From Camelus ferus (lineage: Eukaryota), in assembly GCF_009834535.1 (NCBI RefSeq), contig NC_045723.1, positions 7,192,001-7,256,000 of the forward strand: a stretch of 64,000 nt of DNA, read 5' to 3'. The position numbers and the translations under genes are program-made. The notes under the pieces are model-generated. The model was not told the origin of the DNA. It worked only from the letters and a program-made list of their open reading frames with translations, and made no database searches. Shown here in pieces: positions 1-10,900 of the stretch; the stretch's first letter is position 1, and each line of letters starts with the position of its first letter.

Positions 1-1884
1 GTCCCACCAGGTCCTCCACCTTCTGGATTAGCATCTGACAAGAGTGACAGATGAAGCCCAGCCCCTCTCCTCTGGGCTGCAGGTCACCCTGTCAGGAAAG
101 GAAGCCCCCCGAGGTGGTCTCTCAGGCATCCCAACCTGGGGTGCTTTCAAGGCTGCAGGATCATCTATGAGCTTTCTGGCCCCTGCCCACCTTCCGGCTA
201 GTTTAGGAGTGGGGCTGCTGAAAGACCCCAGAACCGCCCCCAGCCCCTTTCCCAGCCCAGCATCTGTCCCCTTCTGTTCTCTGAGCAGCCCGCTGAGGAT
301 GCCCTTGGGGAAGGCCAGCCAGACTAACATAGCCCCCACTCAACCCCCCAGCATCTCCGGCTCCCAGCCCTGCCTCCCCTCCCCCTGACCAGCAGAGATC
401 TCCAGCCCCCGCTGCACCCTGGCGCTGCCCAGGGAGGAGAGGAAGGTGAGCGACTGTGGCGGGTGAGCAGGCAGCCAGCCAGGTACCTGGGGGTCCTGTG
501 GGGCCAGGCCCTGGAAGAGGTGCTCTCCATCACACAGGTGGGCTGTTGCTCCATCAGAATGCTCAGGGGTCAGACCAGAAAAGGCCAGAACTGGGGAAGA
601 AATGAGACCAGCATCTCTCCGCAGGTGGAAGGAGGGGACGATCAGTTCTTCTGGCTGGCAGACGGCCCAGGAGGTATCAGGGGCCGGGACAGGGATGGGG
701 CCTGGGAGGAGTCCAGGAGGCCTCCTGCCCCACTCTGCCCTGGGGCTGCTCTGACCCACTGTCAGAGGAGAAAATAAACCTCTCGAGTCCAAAAGACTCT
801 CCCAAACACCAACCTTGCACCCCCTCTCTGTTTCACTCTCTCTGTCTCTGTCTCTCTGTGTCCGTTCTCTCTCACACACACATAGACTTGGGGGGTTGGT
901 GTAAAAGGAAGCTTCCCTCGTCTTCTTTCAAGAGATTTCCTTTTTCTCTTTCCTTCCATAAAGACTCATGTCAGATGGCCCAGCCCAGCCCTCTCTCCTT
1001 TCGAGAAGGGTCCTTACTCATAGCTAAGCCCTTGGAGCTCACAGTGAAGGCAGACCCTGGGAGAGAGGAGGTGTGTGGGGACTAGGAAGTGAGTCTGGAA
1101 CGGTGAGGGGTCCCCACTGGCTGACAACCCTGTCATCACCCCAGCCAGGGTGGGCCAGAAGAAACATCAGAGCCACCAACGAGGGTGGGTGACCATCATG
1201 ACACAGATGAAGAGCCAGAGGCCCAGGGAGGGAAGGGCAGGGCCCAGGCCACACAGCGTGGCAGCAGAGTTGGGACCAGAACCCAGGCCGGGACTCGCTT
1301 CCTTCCCATCGGCCATCCCTCCCCTTTGGCCAGGTCGCTGACAGGCTCGGCTGAACGCGACCCTGAGGAAAAGGCGCAGCCTCCACGAGGATGGTGAGAA
1401 GGCTGGTGAGGGGCTGGGGGACCTGGGGGGCCCAGGGTGTTCATGCTAGGGGTGCACCAGGCCCCAGAAAGCGGGGCTGGGAGCAGGAGCCGTCAGCATC
1501 ATGCCCGAGGGGCACGTCCTTACCTGGGGCACCCAGGAGCACCGAGACAAGGACCAGGAGCACCCGGGAGGTCATGGTGGGGCAGCTGCCAAGGCCCCCT
1601 CAACACCCTGTTTTATGGAGGCTGGGAACCCGGCAGTCTGACCTTGCCAGGTCCTCCTCTTGCTGGCCACCTCCCCATGTCTCTGGGCTCACCACAAACA
1701 CCAGCACCACTCTGCGGAGAAGTGGGGGGAGGAGTGGTACCTCAGCGCTCCCACACATCCTGTCGGCCCCCACCCCCCACCCAGAACTAGAACTTCCTAA
1801 GCTGAGCGGGGCTTTGCTGGAGGGCATCGCTGCTATGGCGCCCACCCTGCCCAGATGCAGCGACCGAAGAAGTCCCTGCCATCG

Positions 1885-2300
1885 TGTCAGGCATTTTTAT
1901 GTTACAAACAAGAGAGAGCTTGACTCAACTTGACTCATACAAGAAAGGAAATTTTTGGTTCATGTGATTGGGAAGTCCAGAAATAGAGCAAGTAGCTGTA
2001 GGCAAAGCTGGATCCAGAGGCTCAGATCGTGTCACCAGGATCTGACGTCTCTCTCTGCCTGTCCTCTGCCTTCTGGGGTGTCCTGTGCACTGCCCAGGCA
2101 GGGAGTGGGGCTCCCCAGTAGCTCTCTTGGTGGCCAGAAGAAGCCCTTCTTCCCTGAAGTCACGGAAAACATCTCACAGCAGTGAGGTTCAAACTGGGCT
2201 GCGTACCCACCCGTCAGCCCATCACTGCACCAAGTCAACGGGACACACTGACTGGTTGGCAACAGGCAGGGATGTCCCTGCAGATGGCTGAAATGAGGGA
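1885..2300. mobile_element. MaLR LTR (MLT1-like)
   Basis: GACTCAACTTGACTCATACAAGAAAGG...GGCAAAGCTGGATCCAGAGGCTCAGAT..GTCACCAGG resembles an MLT1J/K/L-type consensus. Boundaries approximate. Confidence 0.55.
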
Positions 2301-4440
2301 GGGACAGGCCCCCCAAAGGCTTGGCACTGACGCAGAAGGAAGGGAGTGGACGCTGGGAGGAAACATTGACAGCGGTCTCCTGCAGTCACTGAGGCAAGTT
2401 CCCGCTTATTCGTGACATAAAAATGCCCGACACATGTATTTTGGCAACCAGAAATTAATTAACACAGGTAACAGTAACGTCCCCAAAGTCAAACTTCTTT
2501 TTTTCTTTTTTTGCTACCTTCAAGAAAGCCTATGACTTCAGTTCCACCTTTGCCCTCAGGTGTTTCATTTCTGGATGGAACGTCAAAGTGCCATGTAGGG
2601 AGAGGCCCGCATGTTAAGCTATTAACATCCTGAGCAGGACTCACCCGTCCGGACCACTCAGACCGGGAAGGATGCTTGGGCACCCACTGTGGACAAAGCG
2701 CGTCAGGACTGTTGTGTGAACACAGGCAGGAGTTAGACGGGATCCCTGCCCCCACCCCGGGCCCAGGGTTCAGTGAAAGAGATCCGGACACCTTCCACCC
2801 TAAACGGCACCCACGGGGAGAGAAACTCCGTGAATGCGAGAACATTACCAGGTTGGCTCCCCTCTGCATCTTTAGTGCCTAGAATCGTGCCTGGCACACT
2901 GCCAATTACATATTTTTTAATGGAATGAATGAATAAATAAATAAATCCATTACTTCTTCTGGTTATTCCAATATGGGCTTAAAAATGGAATCAATGCCAG
3001 AATAATAACTTGAATTTCCTGGGTCCCTCCCTTCCAGCTACCGCAAGAATCTCAGCCCTTATAAAGTCCCCTCCACTCCCAAGTGTCTCTGGGAGTCCCT
3101 GGACACATCCTGGTGTCCACGAGGGCAGTGAGCACACCATGGTCCCAGCTCCCACATCACTCACTGTTATCTGGTCAAAGGAATGAATGAGGGAAACTTC
3201 TTTCTAAACTCTAAGTTTCAGTGCCCTCCCTCTCGTCTCCTCTCCCAGGGAAATTCGTTCTTTTGAAAGAAAGTAAAATGTAATAAAAGTGCTGGGAAAG
3301 ACGGCCAGGAGGCCTTTCAAGGTGCCAAATGTCCAACTCCGTGTTCCTTTCCCCTGGGCACCCAGGAACATCCCATGTCCCACCTTCCCCTGTTTCAGTG
3401 GGACAATGTGACTGAGTTCTGGGCCAAGAACTGGAGGCAGAAATGTAGGTCGCTCCCGGGCCTGACTCCCAACACGCCCCTCTCAGTCTCCCACTTTTTC
3501 TCTCTGTGCCCTGCCGGCCAGGTGCAGAGGATCCGCGGGAGGACCCCCGCCCTGGGGGACAGCGGAGTAAGCAGGGGGAGGAGCCTGGGCCCCTGAGTGG
3601 CAGCGTGGACCAGAGCAGCCCCTCCCGAGGCCGGCCTACTCTGCGCTGTGATGTGAGCGAGGAGAAGGCATGGGCTGTGAGAAGGGCCTGTTCCAGCACT
3701 TGGGTACAATGAGCGGTGCCTGCGACCGCCCCCGCCACCCCCCCGGGCTCCGTCAGTCCTGAGTGTGCCCGCACCTGACTGCCCGCAGCGCCCCACCTTG
3801 GTCCCGCACTTACTCAGCTACAAGCACATCCTTCCTGTTCCCCTTCCTGGGCAGAACACAAGTCACGGGGCCCGTCCTCGGCAGACATTTACACCCACTG
3901 TTGATCACTCCCTAGGAGGCAGCTGTGTTTGTCATACCAACGAGGGCTCGAGGCCAACAGAAACCTCCCGAGCCCCTGTGTGACCTCGAGGGAGTCACTT
4001 GGCCACCCTGAGTCCAGTGGCACTGACTCCTGCCCTGCCAGGGGTGCTGGACGCTCCCTGGAGTAGCAGCCCCTGAGCCTCCGCGGGAGAGGGCTCCCCG
4101 AGAATCAGCTAAACTGGCCACCAGGGTGGTGACAGCGAGCCAATTCCTGACTCCCTGCACTCACAGTAGCGTCTGCGCCTGGTCAGTGATGAACTTGTCC
4201 TTGGCGGTGCCCTGCCCAGCGGGGCCTGACCTGACAGCTGCAGGGGACAGTTTCTTTCTCCTGAACCACCAGCTGTGCCCCTTGTCTCAATACTCGGGGC
4301 ATTTCGGTTTTTTCTTTTTTTCATACAAACAGTCTTTTGACTAATGCCAACCATGTTCTCACAGAACCCGGGGAGTCTTCTGGAGGAAAGGCCAAGGAGA
4401 AGGTGGGGACTGGCGGCCTTGGAGGGTCCCAGGTTTGCCC

Positions 4441-4505
4441 TCCAGTGCTTGCTCTGGGCCAAGAGCCAGGCAGGAAGCTCTTAAGAGCCTTGTTCAAGAG
4501 CGGAG
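4441..4505 (+). promoter_or_regulatory. Probable homolog of the SFTPB distal lung enhancer (NKX2-1/TTF-1-type sites)
   Basis: GAGCCAGGCAGGAAGCTCTTAAGAGCCTTGTTCAAGAG resembles the human SFTPB upstream enhancer as recalled; CAAG cores are present. Confidence 0.55.
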
Positions 4506-4783
4506 GAGGGCTGAGAGGCCTGGGATAGAGACAGGAGGGGGAATCACTGTGGCTGCCCTGGCCCTTCCTCAGTTTCCCTTCCATAACCCCGAGACATGGC
4601 GGATGTGAAGGCTTAAAAGCCCCCTGGTTGGAGGGAGTCAGGAGTCCAGGTGTGTGGGAGGTAGGATTGGGGTGGGGGGAAAAGGGAGCAGGAAATGACA
4701 TCAGTCAGGAGATGGGGAGGGGGGCCGGGGCTGGGGAGGTCAGGCAGGAGTGTCCTTGCTGGGAAGAGGTGGGGATCAAAGTA

Positions 4784-4873
4784 CCTGGAGGGCCCTCCAG
4801 GGCAAAGGCAAACAGTGAGGTCAAGGCTTCTCCCACAGAGCCCTGCCCCCACACCCCAGCCCCCAGCTATAAG
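4784..4873 (+). promoter_or_regulatory. SFTPB proximal promoter: NKX2-1 element, FOXA site, TATA box
   Basis: CCTGGAGGGCCCTCCAGG (4784-4801), FOXA-type GCAAAGGCAAACAG (4802-4815), TATAAG (4868-4873) about 55 nt upstream of the ATG. Same layout as the characterised SFTPB promoter. Confidence 0.85.
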
Positions 4874-4927
4874 GGCCCCGGCCCCAGGCAGGAGCCTTGG
4901 CTGCGCAGTCCAGGCTGCTGAAGTGTC

Positions 4928-7900
4928 ATGGCCAAGTTACACCTGCTGCCGTGGCTGCTGCTGCTGCTGCCCACACTCCGTGGTCCAGGCACTGGTGAGT
5001 CTCCCCAGCCTCTCCTCACCCCCCTCCCACCTGGGGCCACGTGCAGAGGGGGACATCACCACCGTCCCTACCACTTCCTGAGCCCTGGCTCGGTCCCAGG
5101 CATTGCCCCTGGTCTGTACATTATCCTTATTTCAAAGATGAAGAAGTTTTGACTCAGAGGGGCTCCATACCTTGTCCAAGGTCATACAGCTGGTGGGCAC
5201 TAAAGCAGGCAGAACCCGGAGCTGTCTGGCTCCAGCATGTTTAACAGCCATGCATCCCACTAAAACTGGGTTTGGAGGTTGGGTGAGGTCGGGGTGCCAG
5301 GTGTGGCTCGGATTCTAAGGTTGCACTGGCCCCAAACAGCAGCTGATGGGACCACCTCATCCCCGGGCTGTGCCCAGGGCCCCGAGTTCTGGTGCCAAAG
5401 CCTGGAGCAAGCACTGCAGTGCAGAGCCCTAGGGCACTGCCTACAGGAAGTCTGGGGACACGCGGGAGCCGTGAGTACCACCCAAATGTGCACTGGGACC
5501 ACAGGTCTGGGATAGAGGGTTCTGGGTAGGCTCTGAATGGGCCTGAGGGATTGGAGGCTCCATAGGGGATGGGATGGAATGGGACAGAATGTGATGGATG
5601 GGACGGGACGGGATGAAATGGGATTGGATTGGCGAGAATGGGATGGGATAGAATGGGACGGACGGAATGGATGGCATGGTGGGCAATTGCCTGTGCCTTG
5701 GAGAGCCCCCTCAGCCACCTAAACTGGAAGCACGCCCCACTCATGTGCCCACCTTGGGGCTCCCCTTCCCAGGATGACCTGTGCCAGGAATGTGAGGACA
5801 TCGCCCGCATTCTCACCAAGATGGCCAAGGAGGCCATTTTCCAGGTGATGAGGCCTAGACTCTGGATGAAGCCTGGGAGTTAAGAGATGGGGGACAGAGC
5901 AGAAAGACGAGGTCAGCCCCTTCCAGGAGCCGTCTCCAGGCCAGGGGTGACACCCGGGTTTGCCTGGGGACTCCAGGCGCCCCCTGGGTGGAAGTGGGCT
6001 CTGGGAGCAAGCCCAGCAGCACAGCGCGTTCCTGGGGGCACAGCCCTGCCTGTGCCCGGCTACCTCTTAACTCCAGGGCCCTGAGAGAAGGCGGCCAGGC
6101 AGGGGCTTGGGCGGGGCGACCTCAGAGAGGTCCGGCTGATGCTCCCCTCCCCCTCCCGCCTCCCAGGACAGGATTCGGAAGTTCCTGGAGCACGAGTGTG
6201 ACGTCCTCTCCCTGAAGCTGCTGGTGCCCCAGTGTCACCACATGCTGGACATCTACTTCCCACGGGTCATCGACCACCTCCAAAGCCAGATGGTGAGGCC
6301 CCGCGGGTCTCTCCTCCTCCCGGCCTCCTGCACCGCACAGCCCCCACACTACCCTCGCCCGGAGTTGCCCGCACACACGGCACCCCAGCCCCCACACACA
6401 ACCCCTCAGGTGCCCAGATCTCAGCCCCACCTACTCAGCTGTGCTCAGTGGGCCTGGCCCGCACGCTTACAAACACCCACACAGACCCCGCCTCACCCTT
6501 CACACAAACATCCACTCAGTCCCACGCTCACACTACACATTCAGTCTCACGCAAAATCCACACACACAAACACTTTCACGGACTCATCCTCCTTCATTCT
6601 CACAAACATCCTTGCTCACCCTCATTCACGCACATTCCCAGACACCTGCCCCAAAGTCCCCACGTGGCCCCATCTCTGCCTTTGGTCTCCCCCACCCCCA
6701 CCACAGGGTCCCAAACCTCAGCCCCAGACCAGCCTGCTCCCCGCCATTCCAGGCCCAAAGACAGCAGCCTAGTCCCTGAGTCCTTGAGCCAGAAAGCAAG
6801 AGTAGGGTTCCCTCTCCGACCCTGAGCACCCCCTTCCCTGCATTGTGTCCCAGAACCCAAAGGCCATCTGCGAGCACGTGGGCCTGTGCAAACCCAAGAG
6901 TCCAAAGCCGGAGCTGTTGGACCCTCTGCTGGATGAGCTGGTCCTCCCCGTGCTGCCAGGGGCCCTCCAGGCGAGGCCTGGGCCCCAGACACAGGTGAGC
7001 ACACGAGACAGGTGGGGACCCAGAAGGCTAAGGCCACAGCTGAGGCCCTGGGAGGGGCAGAGCCGGGAAGGGGACCAGCAGCTCCAAGCAGGGCTTAAGG
7101 CTGAGCGGGAGGAGGCTTCTCCCTCAGGAGCCCAGCCTGCTTCCCTGTCATTCTCTCCCCTAGGATCTCTCCGAGCAGCGGTTCCCCATCCCCCTCCCCT
7201 TCTGCTGGCTCTGCAGGACTCTGATCAATCGGATCCAAGCTGTGCTTCCCAAGGTGAGGCGTCCTGCGCCGCAGGGAGCTCATCAGGGCCCCCCACGGCT
7301 CCCCTCACCCCTCACACCCCCGTCAGGGGCCAGCTGGAGGAGTTGGAGGGGGGCCATTTGTGCGTTGCCCCCACCCAAGGGACCCCGGAGCTCAGGCTAG
7401 ACCTGGTAGGTGCCAGACCTAGAGTTAATCCCACAGTTGTTCCCCATAGGCCAGGCCCTATGCCGGCTGTCAAAGTACAGAAGAGAATCCTTTCCTGAGT
7501 GTGCGCTGTGGTGGGAGAGATTTTTTTCAGGTAGTGATAAGTTCAGGGCAGAAAATTAAAACAGACGAGGAGAGACAGTGACACGAGAGGTTGGTTGGTC
7601 AGGAAGCATCTCAGAGAAGCTGATGGTTAAGCTGAGATCTAGAGGACAAGGACCGATGGGCAAAGGGCCTCGAGGGGCACAAGCTTAGGCAGCCGTGCGT
7701 CTGCAGTAGGCAGGCTGTGGGGAGCAGTCGGAGAAGGGAGCAGAGGGTCAGGACTGCGGGGCCGGGAGACACGTCTGGGACAAGTGAAGGAAGGCTAGAT
7801 TTTCTTCTGAATCCAACAGTTGTGGAAGGGGAGGCCACGACCGGATTCACACTTTAGGAAGACCGCTCTCGCGCTGTTTGAAGAACGGATTGGGCAGATG

Positions 7901-10900
7901 GGGGAGATGAGTGAGGGCAAGGCGGGTACTTAGGAAATGACTGCAGAAATCGCGATGGGAGAAGATGGGGGTGGGGTGACATGGGGGTGTGGGCCCTGGG
8001 GACCTGTCTGGGAGGTGGGCTCTGCAGGACTTGGTGATGGACGGGACCTGGGGAGCAGGGAGGAGAGAGGAACCAGCAAAGACTGTGGACTTTGGCGGGA
8101 GCAACCGGCTCTTGGGAATGCCCCCAGCTGAGATGGGTAAACTTGAGAAGAAACAGAAAGATCAGTTCTCTCCTGGCCACGTGAAGTTTGAGATGCCTGT
8201 GCAGCAAGCAAAAGGACATGACAAGCAGGCAGCCTGATCCCCAAGCCAGGGCCGGAGACCTGAGTCTGAGAGTCACGGCTACAGAAAGACTGAAAGCCAA
8301 GGGAACAGACGGGATCGCTGGACAAGGTGGAGAGGGGCTGGGACAAGGTGGAGGTGGGGAGGGGAAACCCAGCAAACGAGCACGAGGAGGGACCTCCATG
8401 GAGGTGGGGACACCACACGTGACGTCACGGAAGCTGAAGGAAGAAAGCGCTTCAGCAACGAGGAGGTGGTCACCTGGGCTGAAAGCTGCTGAGGGATCAA
8501 GACAAGAGATGAGCGGGGAGGAGCCAGGTGACCATGAGAGCTGATCTGGAGGAGCACTGGGCAGAAAGAGCAGCAGGGAGTGTCAGCAACCCTCCCAAAG
8601 CGGTTTTTCTGGGAAGGGGAGTGGAGATGGGTGAGGCTCTTCAATGACAGAAGCTATTTTAGCGTGTTCACATGGTGATGAGACCGACAGAAGTAATGAG
8701 GGGACAACGCAGGTGCGAGGCCCTTGTGCAGGTGGGGCGGGGGGGACCGGGGCACAGGGAGACGGGCCAGCCTCTGACAGAGCAGGGACCCCTCACCGTC
8801 GCAGTAGCATAGTGATCCGATGCAAGCAAATGGGCACATTTGGTGAAATGTGCCATTTGGAAGGTGTCGCACCCCAGGGACGTGCAGGTCCCTCTGCCCA
8901 CCTCCTACCTCGGCCTTCCTGGTGCTGAGGGACAGCGGGGTCTGCAAGCAAAAGCAGGGCCCAAGCCAGACTGTCGCATGTAGGTTCCTTTTTTTTTTAA
9001 ATGAAGTGTAGTTGATGTACAATATTACATGTTACAGGTGTACAATATAGTGATTCACAATATTAAAGGTTATACACCATGTAAAGTTATTATAAAATAT
9101 TGGCCATGTTCCCTGTGCTGAACAACATATCCTGTAACCTATTCTAATGCATGGAGGTTCTTTACATGAATTGGCTGAGTGAGTAAGGGGGTGGCGGGCT
9201 GAGCATGCCTGCCGCCTCGCTCCTTGCCCTTCAGTTCAGAGGGTGTGTTTGGAATCAAGGGTGGGGTGGGGAGATTCTTGGCCTCCCCCGGGGGCTCCTG
9301 AAACCAGGGGCTTGCTGGCTCCCAGAGCCGCAGAATGAGCGCATCCTCCCGTGCGGAAGCACAGCACGCCCCGGGTCAGGAGGGAGAAGTCCGGGTCTGG
9401 TTCTGTCTCTGCCCCAGGCTGCCACGTGGCCTTAGCAATGCCCACCTCTCTGCAGCAATTCCAGAGTCTTTGAAGTCAGGGGTGGGTCCGTGGCCTGGCT
9501 CCTGCACCAGCTGAGTGATTCTGGGTGAGTCCCCTGGACTCCCCGATGCTCAGTGTTCTTATCTATAAACAGCATAGTAATTCTCCAAGGGAACAAGGGG
9601 AGGTCTACCTACAAAGTACCCAGCTGGTGCCGGGCACAGAGTAGGGCTTTCGAGGAAAGGTCCCACCCTGCCCTCTCTCGGCCCCCGCCCCAGGGTGTGC
9701 TGGCCACGGCTGTGGCCCAGGTGTGCCACGTGGTACCCCTGGTGGTGGGGGGCATCTGCCAGTGCCTGGCCGAGCGCTACGTCGTCATCCTGCTGAATGC
9801 GCTGCTGGACCGCATGCTGCCCCGGCTGGTCTGCGGCCTTGTCCTCCGGTGCTCCAGCGAGGATGTCATCGGCCCAAGTAAGCCCCAGCCCTTGTCTGTC
9901 ACCCACTCTCATCCCTGCCCAACCCCTGGCCCTGGACGACCCGCTCGGTCTCCAGTTGCCCTGCACTGTAGCAAAGAAGGAACTGAATACTCTGCAGAGA
10001 AGCCTTGACTGGATTTTCTCTCTAGCCCTCAACACTCTGGGGCCTCTGCCAGGAGAATGGCTACCCCAAGACTCCGAGTGCCACCTCTGCATGTTTGTGA
10101 CCAGCCAGGCAGGGAACAGCAGCGAGCAGGCCGTGCCACAGGCGATGCACCAGGCCTGCCTGGGCTCCTGGCTGGACAGGCAAAAGGTGAGGCGCAGGCT
10201 GGCAGGAGGCTCAGGACTCAGGGCTGCCCGTGGTGGAGGGTCGGGCCCAGGAAAGGCTTCCAGCCAGAGACACACAGAGTGGGCCGGAGCCCTGCCCTTA
10301 AGGAGCTCAGATAGGCAAACAGGACGTGGGCCAAACAATGGTGGGACTGTAACTCAAGGCCAAACCTGCTGAAGTCAGGAGTTGTCTCTGGCCAAAGGTC
10401 ATGGGCTCTAGAGGACCAGCCAGCCTCCCTCCTAAACCAAGAGTGTGGCCCGTTAGTGACCAGGAGGTGAGCAGTGCCAGGGCCGGCGGGAGCAGGAGAG
10501 AGCCTGGCCTTTTCTCCAGGGTTCCAGGTCTGTCGCAGCCCCAGACTTCCTCCTGGTGTGACTCGGTGGGGACCAACCCACCTGCCGGAGGAGAGGACTG
10601 GGCCTGAAGGCCTGGAGTGCCAGTACTCAGAGTGGGTGACAGGCCAGCTGACTCCCCTCGCAGGAGGCCGCTTTCCACACAGGGCGTCCCTGCTGCCCAT
10701 CACATGTGGTCTCCAAGACCAGATGAGCTTTAGGATGGCTTCTAGAACTGAAATTTAGGGGGAGGAAGTGCAGAGGGCCAAGATTCTGCCCCTGTGCCTC
10801 CACCTCCAACGTCCTGGCTTTCCCGACAGAAACCCCCATATCCGCCCACGCTGGCTTGTGCAGTTTTACAGCCAGAGCTGCCCCGTGGGGGCTGAGGGCT

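Noticed and set aside
1-4400. Granulysin/NK-lysin (GNLY), the expected syntenic neighbour
   Set aside because: No saposin Cys pattern seen on either strand here; it presumably lies outside the window.
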